Assembly: GCA_965140705.1 (NCBI GenBank)
Contig: OZ223302.1
Coordinates: forward strand, 352,001-416,000
Reading direction: 5' to 3'
Source of the DNA: an uncultured Arcobacter sp.
Lineage (GTDB): Bacteria > Campylobacterota > Campylobacteria > Campylobacterales > Arcobacteraceae
Length of the DNA stretch: 64,000 nt
Position numbers and translations under genes: made by a program. Below the pieces are notes generated by a model that saw only the letters and a list, made by a program, of their open reading frames with translations, searched no databases and was not told the origin of the DNA. Positions 50,171 through 59,194 of the stretch are shown in pieces. The stretch's first letter is position 1, and each line of letters starts with the position of its first letter.

Positions 50171-50951
50171 TATGATTTACTTTTTTACTTTTGAAGCCAA
50201 GAAACGCCATAATAAGGCTGATTGCCAAGGAAATTGCTAGTATTAAAAATACTTGTAAATCAAATTTCATATAAAGTGAAAATCTTATTGCTTCAACAAT
50301 ATAAGTAAATGGATTACAAGAAGAGAGATTAAAAAGAAAAATTGAAGAATCTTTTATTTTCCAAAGAGGATATAAAGCACTACTTAGAAAAAACATAGGA
50401 AATATTACGAAATTCATAACAGTAGCAAAATTTTCCAATTGTTTTATAACTGAAGAGATAAATAGTGCAAAGGCATTTAAAATAATAGATGAAATCATAA
50501 TTATAGGAATAGTTATTAAAATTGCTACATTTTCAATATCAACCCCATAAAGTTTTGCAACTATTAAAAAAGTAATTGCTTGAATTGTAGATACTACAGA
50601 AGTTGCAAACATCTTACAAAATAGTAAATAGTTTCTATTTATATATGAAGTTAGAAGTATCTTCATACTTCCCATTTCCCTATCAAATATCATGGTTAGT
50701 GAACTTTGCATACCATTAAAAAGTAAAACCATTCCCACAAGTCCAGGAACTATATATGTTTCATAAGTAATATATGTCTCATAAGGTGGTGTAATTGCCA
50801 AACCAAGAGCCGTTCTAAATCCAACTGAAAAGATAAATAACCAAAGTAAAGGTCTTACTAATGCTGAAAAGAAACGACTTTTTTGTTTTAAAAATCTTAT
50901 CAACTCTTTATAAACAATTCCCTGCATACAATATAAATATTTTTTCATCAT
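50166..50951 (-). CDS. ABC-2 permease, PedC-like
   Basis: RFFSALVRPLLWL, PPYETYITY, DREMGSM, FLSSALYPLW. Confidence 0.88.
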   Translation of the reverse strand: MMKKYLYCMQGIVYKELIRFLKQKSRFFSALVRPLLWLFIFSVGFRTALGLAITPPYETYITYETYIVPGLVGMVLLFNGMQSSLTMIFDREMGSMKILLTSYINRNYLLFCKMFATSVVSTIQAITFLIVAKLYGVDIENVAILITIPIIMISSIILNAFALFISSVIKQLENFATVMNFVIFPMFFLSSALYPLWKIKDSSIFLFNLSSCNPFTYIVEAIRFSLYMKFDLQVFLILAISLAISLIMAFLGFKSKKVNHS

Positions 50952-51674
50952 TTATCCTACAAGAAAATTAAAAGTATCAATAAGATTATCTTTTTCATAC
51001 TTTTGCATTAAGTTTTGAACAATTCCACTATCAACTATTTGTCCTGATTTTATGATTGATATATTATCTTCTAAATCTACCTCATCAAATAAATGGGTAA
51101 TCCAAAGTACAGATATACCATCTTGTTTTACTAAATTTCTTACATAATTTAAAATATCAAATCTACTTTTAACATCAAGTCCAACTGTAGGTTCATCCAA
51201 AAGTAAAAGTTTTGGCTTATTTATCAAAGCTCTTAAAATCTCTACTCTTCTTCTATGCCCACCATTTAATTTTCGCACTTGTGTATTTAAAACTTCATCT
51301 AACTCTAATTTTGTTATTTGAGAATCAATTGATTCTAATGTTTGTTTAAAACTTAAACCCTTTAATGAACCATAATAAAACAAGTTTTGTTTTACAGTCA
51401 AATCTAAATCCAATGTTGGTTCTTGAAATACAATACCAATATCTTTTAAAGCTTTTGAATAGTTTTTTATAGGATATCCATTTATATCTATCTCACCTTT
51501 TTGAAGATTTCGCAATCTTGTTATTAGTGAAAAAATTGTAGATTTTCCTGCCCCATTAAGTCCTAATAATACAGAAAATGTCCCCTCTTCTATTGAAAAA
51601 GAGACATTATTTAAAGCGACTTTTTGTCCATATGAATAATCAACATTTTTAAAATTTAAGATATTATTTTTCAT
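50952..51674 (-). CDS. ABC ATP-binding protein, PedB-like
   Basis: GLNGAGKST, FQEPTLDLDL, LNGGHRRRVEI, DEPTVGLD. Confidence 0.9.
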   Translation of the reverse strand: MKNNILNFKNVDYSYGQKVALNNVSFSIEEGTFSVLLGLNGAGKSTIFSLITRLRNLQKGEIDINGYPIKNYSKALKDIGIVFQEPTLDLDLTVKQNLFYYGSLKGLSFKQTLESIDSQITKLELDEVLNTQVRKLNGGHRRRVEILRALINKPKLLLLDEPTVGLDVKSRFDILNYVRNLVKQDGISVLWITHLFDEVDLEDNISIIKSGQIVDSGIVQNLMQKYEKDNLIDTFNFLVG

Positions 51675-51678
51675 CTTT

Positions 51679-52635
51679 TTACTTTGGAATTACAGCAAGA
51701 CCCCAAGGGTATCGTCCTACTTTTATACTTTTTTCAACTTTTAAAGAAGCTACATCTATAACTGATACATCTCCACTTACACCATTTGTAGTATATAGTT
51801 TTGTTCCATTATTTGCAAAAGCCATATGCCAAACTCTTTTTCCTACTAATAGGTATTTTATCACTTTATATGTTTTTGTATCAACAACTGCAACATGATT
51901 TGCAGGTCCCAATGCCACAAAAGCATATTTCCCATCAGCTGTAAGTTTTATACCAACTGGTTGAATTAAGTCTTTAAATATTCCTGGGATTTTAAAACCT
52001 ATTTTAGCAACCATCTTTTTTGTTTTTGCATCTACAACCATAACTGTTCCACCTATTTCAGATGATGCCCAAACCATATCCCCATTTTTAGAAAATTCTA
52101 TATGTCTTGGTCTTTGATCTACCAATGTTGTATTTATGATTTTTTTTGTTTTTGTATCAATCCATTGTAAAAAATTCGAAGTTTCAGTTGTATTTATAGC
52201 AACTTTTCCATCAGGACTCACAGCCATTCCCTCTGGTTCTACTCCCACTTCTATTTGAGCAAGTACAGATTTATTTTGAGTATCAACAACTGTTACTATT
52301 GCATCATTTTCATTTGATATATAAAGTTCTTTTCCATCAGGAGTTAAGGCAAATTGTTCAGGATCTTCACCTGAGGGTAAATTATAAAGGATTTTTTTAC
52401 TTTTTAAATCTAATACTTGCACAGTATCATCATCACTTGCACAAATATATAATCTTGTATTTTCGTTATTTAAAAGTATACCTCTTGGTCTTTGTCCCAC
52501 ATTAATAGTATCTACTACTTTATTTGTATCTGAATCAATTACACTAATAGTGTTGTCCTTTTCATTTGATACATATATGGTATCTGCTAAGAGAAGAGTA
52601 CTAATAAGGCTTGAGGCTAAAACAATTTTTTTCAT
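51679..52635 (-). CDS. YVTN beta-propeller protein, PQQ-catabolism associated (PedA2-like)
   Basis: Signal peptide; repeated YVSNE..SVID / VG..P.G units; ALGPANHVAV. Confidence 0.88.
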   Translation of the reverse strand: MKKIVLASSLISTLLLADTIYVSNEKDNTISVIDSDTNKVVDTINVGQRPRGILLNNENTRLYICASDDDTVQVLDLKSKKILYNLPSGEDPEQFALTPDGKELYISNENDAIVTVVDTQNKSVLAQIEVGVEPEGMAVSPDGKVAINTTETSNFLQWIDTKTKKIINTTLVDQRPRHIEFSKNGDMVWASSEIGGTVMVVDAKTKKMVAKIGFKIPGIFKDLIQPVGIKLTADGKYAFVALGPANHVAVVDTKTYKVIKYLLVGKRVWHMAFANNGTKLYTTNGVSGDVSVIDVASLKVEKSIKVGRYPWGLAVIPK

Positions 52636-52662
52636 TTTATTTCCTTTAAATTAAATTCCCTA

Positions 52663-52738
52663 ATTGTATATGATATTTATAGCCTAAGTTTAGCGATATC
52701 TTTTTTGCTAAACTTAGGCTATAAATATTGTATATACT
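52663..52738. promoter_or_regulatory. divergent promoter pair with mirror-image direct-repeat boxes
   Basis: 22-bp perfect inverted repeat 52673-52694 / 52707-52728; each arm reads GCTAAA-CTTAG-GCTATA followed by N9 and a -10 hexamer (TACAAT on -, TATACT on +). Confidence 0.8.
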
Positions 52739-52763
52739 AAATAAAAAGTTTTAAAGGGAAAAT

Positions 52764-53912
52764 ATGAAATTTTTACTATTAACATTTATCTTACTTAGTT
52801 TTTTAAAAGCAGAACTTTTAAATGTAAATATTCTATACCTAGAACAAAAAATACAAAAGCCTCCTGTTTTATCAAATGTAATAGCTGATCCTGATGATTT
52901 AGGTATAAAAGGAGCAGAACTTTCAATAAAAGATAGTAATAAAAGTGCAAAATTTCTAAATCAAAATTTTACTCTTGAAAAAACAATCTCTTTTGATAAA
53001 AAAGAGTTAATAAAAAGTTTTGAAAAATTTATAAATGCTGGTAATAGTTATGTGATATTGAACGTGGAAGATGATTTATTAAAAGAGTTACTAAAAAATC
53101 CACTATCAAAAAAAGCATTATTCTTTAATGCAAGTAGTCAAACTACAAGTTTAAGACAAGATTATTGTCAAGAAAACCTCCTTCACACAACTCCTAGTTA
53201 TGCCATGCTTTATGATGGATTAGCACAATTTTTAGTAAAAAGAAATTTTAAAAATATATTTTTATTAAGTGGTAAAAATCCAAAAGATATTGAAATAACA
53301 AAAGATATAAAAAGAGCTGTTAAGAAGTTTGGTTTAAAAATAGTAAAAGAAAAAGTTTGGGAAAACAATACTGATATTAGAAGAAAAGCTAGTGCAGAAT
53401 TTCCTTCATTTACCCAAGCTGATGATTATGATGTATTAGTTGTGGCTGATTATTATGGGGACTTTGGAGAATTCTTGTATTTTAATACTTGGCTTCCACG
53501 ACCAATAGCAGGGACACAAGGATTAATGCCAGTTTTATGGCACAGGGTAATTGAAGCTTGGGGTGCAGCTCAAATGCAAAAAAGATTTGAAAAATTTGCC
53601 TCAAGATGGATGCAATCAAAAGACTTTTCAAATTGGATAGCTGTTAGAACAATTGTAACTTCAGTAATGAATACAAAGGCAAAAGATTTAAATACAAATA
53701 TGAAATATATACATTCAAAAGATTTTGAATTGGGTGCATATTTAGGAAGAAAACTCTCTTTTAGAGATTATAATGGGCAAATTAGATTGCCAATTTCCCT
53801 TGTTCAACCAAGAGCTTTAATATCTACTTCCCCACAAGTAGGATTTTTACACCCTATTACTGATTTAGATACTATGGGAATCGCACCCTTTGAAATGAAG
53901 TGTAAAAAGTAA
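52764..53912 (+). CDS. PQQ-catabolism-associated ABC substrate-binding protein (PedA1-like)
   Basis: Signal peptide; LHTTPS.AML.DGLAQFL, DYDVLVVAD..GDFG, WGAAQMQ.RF, LSFR.YNGQ.R, GFLHP. Confidence 0.85.
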   Translation: MKFLLLTFILLSFLKAELLNVNILYLEQKIQKPPVLSNVIADPDDLGIKGAELSIKDSNKSAKFLNQNFTLEKTISFDKKELIKSFEKFINAGNSYVILNVEDDLLKELLKNPLSKKALFFNASSQTTSLRQDYCQENLLHTTPSYAMLYDGLAQFLVKRNFKNIFLLSGKNPKDIEITKDIKRAVKKFGLKIVKEKVWENNTDIRRKASAEFPSFTQADDYDVLVVADYYGDFGEFLYFNTWLPRPIAGTQGLMPVLWHRVIEAWGAAQMQKRFEKFASRWMQSKDFSNWIAVRTIVTSVMNTKAKDLNTNMKYIHSKDFELGAYLGRKLSFRDYNGQIRLPISLVQPRALISTSPQVGFLHPITDLDTMGIAPFEMKCKK

Positions 53913-54370
53913 TGAAAGCATTTTTTCTATTTTCACTACTTTTCTGTTTTTTAAATGCTGATTATAAAATAATTGAAAATAAAAATCTATTTTTAGTGGA
54001 AGTTACTAATTCTAGTTTTGAAAAAGATTTAGTTGATTTAAAAGATGAGATAAATTATGAAGGTTTTACTATCGTTTATGAACTAAATCTTGCAAAAGCT
54101 ACAAATGAATTAGCAACTTTTCTAGGAGAAGAAGGAGTTTTAAAAAAGGGCATAAACCTTGGCATTTGTAAAAGTAGTTTTACTTTACAAATGATAAAAG
54201 AAAATTTCAATAATATAAACTATTGTCCTTTAGCTATATCAATTTACAAAAAAGATAAAAATAAAACTTATATCTCATATAAATTCTACAAAACCTTTAA
54301 AGATAATGACAAAATCGCCAATAAAATCAACGAAACACTAAAAAAACTGATTTTAGATAGCTTAGATTAA
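53912..54370 (+). CDS. DUF302-like exported protein
   Basis: Signal peptide; GFTIV, GICK and YCPLAISIY pattern. Confidence 0.6.
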   Translation: MKAFFLFSLLFCFLNADYKIIENKNLFLVEVTNSSFEKDLVDLKDEINYEGFTIVYELNLAKATNELATFLGEEGVLKKGINLGICKSSFTLQMIKENFNNINYCPLAISIYKKDKNKTYISYKFYKTFKDNDKIANKINETLKKLILDSLD

Positions 54371-54412
54371 AGCCTATAAAAAGGCTTTTTCTAAAATAAA
54401 ATCATCTTTTCC

Positions 54413-54470
54413 TTGACATTAGTTAGATATCTAACTATAATTTCGATACAAGTAGTTAGATATCTAACTA
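54413..54470 (+). promoter_or_regulatory. consensus sigma70 promoter with two MarR-type palindromic operators
   Basis: TTGACA(54413)-17 bp-TATAAT(54436); TAGTTAGATATCTAACTA at 54420-54437 and 54453-54470. Confidence 0.88.
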
Positions 54471-54487
54471 AGACAAAAGGATAAAAT

Positions 54488-55336
54488 ATGAAAAAGAGTC
54501 TTGGAATATTAATATTTGTTATTTTTGCTTTTACAGCTTGTGTAAATAATACAAATTTACAAAAGCAAAATAAACAAATCACAAAAAAAGAAAAAGTTGT
54601 TGAGTTATTAAACTCAATTGAAACAGGAGATACAAAATCAGTATCATATATCAATCAAAATAAATATATTCAACACAATTTAGCTGTAAAAGATGGAGTG
54701 AAAGGCTTTGCAGAAATTTTGAGTAAACTTCCTAAAGGAAGTGCTAAAGTTGAAGTCAAAAGAGTTTTTGAAGATGGAAATTATATATTTACACATACAA
54801 AATATAATTTCTTTGGAGAAAAAGTGGGTTTTGATGTATTTAGGTTTGAAAATGGAAAAATCGTTGAACATTGGGATAACTTACAACCTATTTCAAAAAC
54901 AACAGCAAGTGGTAGATCTCAAATTGATGGTGCTACAAAAGTAGAAGATATAGAAAAAACTATTCAAAACAAACTATTAATTAAAAATTTTGTAAATGAT
55001 ATTTTAATGGGTAAAAAACCAAATAAAATCACAAACTATATTTCTACTAAAAAATATCTACAACACAATCCAAATGTAAAAGATGGATTAAGTGGTTTAG
55101 GTGAAGCCTTAAGTGCCTTATCAAAAGCTGGTATACCAATGATATATGAAAAAAATCATATGATTTTAGGAGAGGGAAATTTTGTTTTAGCAATAAGTGA
55201 AGGAATTTTTATGAATAAAAAAGCTAGTTTTTACGATTTATTTAGAATAGAAGATGGAAAAATTGTTGAGCATTGGGATACAATTGAAGAGATTCTTCCA
55301 AAATCTAAATGGCAAAACTCTAATGGTAAATTCTAA
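54488..55336 (+). CDS. tandem SnoaL/NTF2-like lipoprotein
   Basis: Lipobox FTAC; two repeats of YxQHN..DG ... D.FR.E.GKIVEHWD. Confidence 0.85.
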   Translation: MKKSLGILIFVIFAFTACVNNTNLQKQNKQITKKEKVVELLNSIETGDTKSVSYINQNKYIQHNLAVKDGVKGFAEILSKLPKGSAKVEVKRVFEDGNYIFTHTKYNFFGEKVGFDVFRFENGKIVEHWDNLQPISKTTASGRSQIDGATKVEDIEKTIQNKLLIKNFVNDILMGKKPNKITNYISTKKYLQHNPNVKDGLSGLGEALSALSKAGIPMIYEKNHMILGEGNFVLAISEGIFMNKKASFYDLFRIEDGKIVEHWDTIEEILPKSKWQNSNGKF

Positions 55337-55376
55337 TCAAAGATTAAATGTAGCTATTTTTGCTGCATTTAAGCCC

Positions 55377-55411
55377 TTGACAATAATTAGTCATCTAACT
55401 ATAATCAAAAA
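55377..55411 (+). promoter_or_regulatory. marR promoter with a degenerate operator (autoregulation; probably leaderless)
   Basis: TTGACA(55377)-17 bp-TATAAT(55400); TAATTAGTCATCTAACTA in the spacer; ATG 6 nt after the -10. Confidence 0.8.
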
Positions 55412-55849
55412 ATGAAAAAAGAATTAATTGCCCTTGCAAGTAAGGTAACTGATTTATCAAATAAATTAATTATCTCCCAATTAGAAAAAAACAATATAAA
55501 TGGTATTGTTCCATCCCACGGTAGTATTTTTATTTTATTGTATGAAAATGAACAAGTTACCATGAAAGACATAGCAGACTTTGTCCATAAAACAAAACCG
55601 ACCGTTACAATCTTAGTAGATAAGTTAGTAAAAATGGGTTATGTTAAAAAAGAAAAATCAAAAACAGATTCAAGGGTTACCTTTGTAGAATTAACACAAA
55701 AGGGTAAAGATCTAAAACCAGTATTTGAAGAAATCTCAAATAACATAAATAATATTATTTATAAAAACTTAACTACAAACGAAGCAATTCAAACAGAAAA
55801 AACTTTAAAAAAAGTAATTGCCAATCTAAATTTTGAAGATATAGTTTAA
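55412..55849 (+). CDS. MarR-family transcriptional regulator
   Basis: TMKDIA..KTKPTVT.LVDKL..GYV..DSR...LT.KG. Confidence 0.92.
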   Translation: MKKELIALASKVTDLSNKLIISQLEKNNINGIVPSHGSIFILLYENEQVTMKDIADFVHKTKPTVTILVDKLVKMGYVKKEKSKTDSRVTFVELTQKGKDLKPVFEEISNNINNIIYKNLTTNEAIQTEKTLKKVIANLNFEDIV

Positions 55850-56244
55850 TATTTTCCAAATATTTTATAAGTCTTATCTTCAAATAGTACAAAAACTGTC
55901 TTAGGACTTTTCTCATTTTCATATGCTGGAAGTGATAAACCTATGGCATTTTTTGGTTTTCTTTTAAAAAAATCTTTTATAGCTCTAGCTGGAACATTTC
56001 CTTCAAATACATAATCATCTATGATAGAGGTATTACATGATTGTATCTCTTTTGGAATACCTATTTCTTTTTTTAGATTTTTTACATTCATCAAAGAGAC
56101 TACATTTACCTCTTTTACTTCTTTTGTCATATCTTTAATCCAATCTTGGGGACAAGTTCCTGTTACTGGTTTATATATTTGCATCATAGAGTTTTGGGCG
56201 CTTAAAAAGCTCGCAAATATTGAGATAAAAATTAACTTTTTCAT
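55846..56244 (-). CDS. DUF411-like exported protein with altered metal ligands
   Basis: YKP..C..W, IP.EIQSCNT, YVFEGNVPA, AIGLSLP. Confidence 0.7.
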   Translation of the reverse strand: MKKLIFISIFASFLSAQNSMMQIYKPVTGTCPQDWIKDMTKEVKEVNVVSLMNVKNLKKEIGIPKEIQSCNTSIIDDYVFEGNVPARAIKDFFKRKPKNAIGLSLPAYENEKSPKTVFVLFEDKTYKIFGKY

Positions 56245-56939
56245 ATCTTTCCTTCTAAAATTTTAGGGTATAAATCTAAAATTATATTTTTCTTTTCATC
56301 TATTTTTTTAATATCTGATTCTTGATTATTATCATTTTTATAATCCAAAATCTTCGTAGCATAAGTAGAGCTTAAAAAGATTATTCTACTTGATAAGTGT
56401 ACAGCTTCACTCAAATCATGGGTTACAAGAATAACTGTAGGATTAAACTTTTTACAAAAAATCAAAAAATCTTTTTTCAAAGCCATTGAAGTTGGATAAT
56501 CAAGTGAAATAAAAGGCTCATCTAAAACTATTATTTTAGGTCTATTTATAAAAGCTCTTATTAGTGCAATTCGTCTTTTCATTCCACCTGATAATCTATT
56601 TGGATACTCATTTAAAATATGATTTAAGCCAATTAAAGAAAGAAGTTCTTCTATCTCTTCTATATCTTTTGTTTTTGAAACAAGAAGTAGATTATCTTTT
56701 ATATTAAGCCAAGGCAGTAATCTATCATCTTGAAACATAAAAGAGAGTTTTGAAAAATCCCCCGATAAACTCCCTATATAATTAGTATCTAAGCCTGATA
56801 CAATATTTAATATTGTGGTCTTTCCACAACCAGAAGGTCCAATAATAGAGATAAGTTCACCCTCTTCAATGGAAATATTTATATCTTTTAATATAATAGT
56901 TTTAGCAAATTTTTTTTCTAATATATTTATATTTAACAT
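56241..56939 (-). CDS. NitT/TauT-family ABC ATP-binding protein
   Basis: GPSGCGKTT, FQDDRLLPW, LSGGMKRR, DEPF. Confidence 0.88.
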   Translation of the reverse strand: MLNINILEKKFAKTIILKDINISIEEGELISIIGPSGCGKTTILNIVSGLDTNYIGSLSGDFSKLSFMFQDDRLLPWLNIKDNLLLVSKTKDIEEIEELLSLIGLNHILNEYPNRLSGGMKRRIALIRAFINRPKIIVLDEPFISLDYPTSMALKKDFLIFCKKFNPTVILVTHDLSEAVHLSSRIIFLSSTYATKILDYKNDNNQESDIKKIDEKKNIILDLYPKILEGKI

Positions 56940-56940
56940 C

Positions 56941-57690
56941 TTATTTCCAAGCTTTTAATTTAATATCTATTGGTTTTAATATCTTATGTTCTATTAGTAA
57001 AATTACAGAAATAAATGCAAAAGAGTAAGCCAAAATAGAAGAGATATCAAAATATTGATAAAACATACTTATTTGAAAACCGATTCCATCACTTCTACCA
57101 AGTAATTCTACTACTAGAACAATTTTCCAAATAAGAGAAAGGGATAATCTAGTTGTTGCTAGAAGATAAGGGTATAATTGAGGAAGATAAATATTAAGAA
57201 AAATCTCTTTTCTTGATAATTTATATATCTTTGCAAAATCCATATACTTTTTATCAAAAGCCTTTGTTCCTTCCCTAATATTTACAATCACGATTGGAAC
57301 TTTATTTATAACGACTGCTAAAATAGCTGAGAAATCAGTAAGTCCAAACCAAATATAGCAAATAATAATAGTAACGAGTGCTGGAATATTTAGACCTAAA
57401 ATTAAGAAGAAATCAAAAAAATCATCAACTTTTTTATAAAATCCCATGAGCAAACCAAAGAGTATCCCTATAAACATAGTAATAAAAAATGCTACAAATA
57501 CTCTACATAAAGTAATAAATAGATTCCAAAAAAGATCTTTATTTTTAATGTGTTCCTCTAAACTTTTTACAATATCAATTATACTAGGAAACAAGTCAGA
57601 ATTAATCAGCAAAGAAAGGGCTTGCCAAAGAATCAAAAATAGCATAAAAGAGAATATTTTAGTTTGATTTTTTTCCATTATTTCAACCAA
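56941..57690 (-). CDS. NitT/TauT-family ABC permease
   Basis: Multiple TMs; WFG, YLPQLYP, WKIVLVVELLG..GIG. Confidence 0.88.
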   Translation of the reverse strand: MVEIMEKNQTKIFSFMLFLILWQALSLLINSDLFPSIIDIVKSLEEHIKNKDLFWNLFITLCRVFVAFFITMFIGILFGLLMGFYKKVDDFFDFFLILGLNIPALVTIIICYIWFGLTDFSAILAVVINKVPIVIVNIREGTKAFDKKYMDFAKIYKLSRKEIFLNIYLPQLYPYLLATTRLSLSLIWKIVLVVELLGRSDGIGFQISMFYQYFDISSILAYSFAFISVILLIEHKILKPIDIKLKAWK

Positions 57691-58631
57691 AATATACTTT
57701 CATCAAAAGGTACATTTTTACTTATATAGTTTGCACCAGCTTCTTTTGATAATATCTTATAAACTTTTTTTAACTCACTTATATCTTCTTTTGTAAACTC
57801 TTTTATTATTCCTTTTATATACTCTTGTTTTAAAGTAACAAAGATTTTATTATCTTTTGTTTTTACTAGTTTTTTTATCTTATCCCATTGTTTATCATCA
57901 CTTGCTAATAACTCTTTTGATTGTAAACTTGTATTTAAAAAAGAGTTTATTAAAGCTTTGTTTTTCAAAGCAAAATCTTTATTAAATATCCATCCTACAA
58001 AACTTATGTCACTATTTACTCCTAAACTTTTTAAAATATCACTTATTTGTACCAAAGGAGCAAACTTTTCTTTTGGAAGTTTAGCATTAAAGTGCCAGAA
58101 GTTAATTGCTGCATTTAAAGAGTTATCCATCATCTTTTTATATAAAATTGGAGGGGAAGCAAATACTGGCTTAACTATCTCTTCAAATTTTTTACCATTT
58201 TCTTTTTTATAAAAGGCTCTAAAAAGCAACCAAGTTTTATCATAGATTCCACCTGAAATACCTAATTCTCTATTTTCTAAATCACTTAAGTTATTTATTC
58301 CACTTTGTTTATTGACCATCAACGTACCCAAAGCCTTTGAATATGGATAAAAAAGAAAATTTTTACCTTTACTTTTTTGTTTATTTACCCAAATCCAATC
58401 ATTTACTATCAAATCAACCTTATTTGCTTGTAAAGAGATTAGTTGGGCATTTTTTGATGCTAATTTTACTATTTCTAAATCAAAACCATTTTTCTTATCA
58501 AGACCATTTTGTTTTAAAATTTCTAAGCCCCAATTTACAGTTCCATATGCTAAAATCCCCACTCTAAGTTTTTGTTGGGCATTTAAGTTAATTAAAAAAA
58601 AGATGAAAACTAAAAATATCTTGTATTTCAT
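57678..58631 (-). CDS. NitT/TauT-family substrate-binding protein
   Basis: Signal peptide; GTVNWG, DWIWV, YPYS, DKTWLL, NFWHF. Confidence 0.82.
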   Translation of the reverse strand: MKYKIFLVFIFFLINLNAQQKLRVGILAYGTVNWGLEILKQNGLDKKNGFDLEIVKLASKNAQLISLQANKVDLIVNDWIWVNKQKSKGKNFLFYPYSKALGTLMVNKQSGINNLSDLENRELGISGGIYDKTWLLFRAFYKKENGKKFEEIVKPVFASPPILYKKMMDNSLNAAINFWHFNAKLPKEKFAPLVQISDILKSLGVNSDISFVGWIFNKDFALKNKALINSFLNTSLQSKELLASDDKQWDKIKKLVKTKDNKIFVTLKQEYIKGIIKEFTKEDISELKKVYKILSKEAGANYISKNVPFDESIFWLK

Positions 58632-58660
58632 GATTACGCCTTAAAATAGTGATTTGTAAA

Positions 58661-58745
58661 ATTGTATACAAAATTTATAGCTTGAATTTAGCGTAATTAA
58701 AAAAAATTTAATCGCTATAATCAGGCTATAAAATATTTGTATAGT
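58661..58745. promoter_or_regulatory. divergent promoter pair with direct-repeat boxes
   Basis: - strand: GCTAAA-TTCAA-GCTATA-N9-TACAAT; + strand: GCTATA-ATCAG-GCTATA-N9-TATAGT. Confidence 0.8.
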
Positions 58746-58778
58746 TTCGTTATCAGAAAATTTTACAAAGGAAGATAG

Positions 58779-59192
58779 ATGAACAAAATACAAAAATTAG
58801 GTCTTACTGTTTTACTTTCAACAGTATTTGCATATGGACATGGAGATGTTGTACCTCAACCAATTGATACAAAAGGATTAAAGCCACTTGGTAAAGAGTG
58901 GTTAGAAACAAATCCATATGTTGGTAATAAAAAAGCTATAGAAATTGGAGAACATGGTTACGAAGAAAACTGTGCTAGATGTCATGGACTAGAAGTTGTT
59001 TCTGGTGGTATTGCTCCAGATTTAAGATACTTAGATACAGGACCTGATGGAGATGAATGGTTTATGGAAAGAATTAGAGGTGGGGCAGTTAGAAATGGTA
59101 ATGTTTATATGCCACCATTTGAAGGAATTCTGAGCCAAGAAGCTATGTGGGCAATCAGAAGTTTTATAGTAAGTAAACATATAGAAGAGTAA
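58779..59192 (+). CDS. pedF: cytochrome c550 (PedF/ExaB-like), electron acceptor for the PQQ-ADH
   Basis: HGDVVPQ, NPY, CARCHG, GGIAPDLR, YMPPF, WAIR. Confidence 0.88.
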   Translation: MNKIQKLGLTVLLSTVFAYGHGDVVPQPIDTKGLKPLGKEWLETNPYVGNKKAIEIGEHGYEENCARCHGLEVVSGGIAPDLRYLDTGPDGDEWFMERIRGGAVRNGNVYMPPFEGILSQEAMWAIRSFIVSKHIEE

Positions 59193-59194
59193 AA

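Noticed and set aside
54391..54654. 87-aa ORF with a repeated VRYLT
   Set aside because: The repeat is simply the translation of the two operator palindromes.
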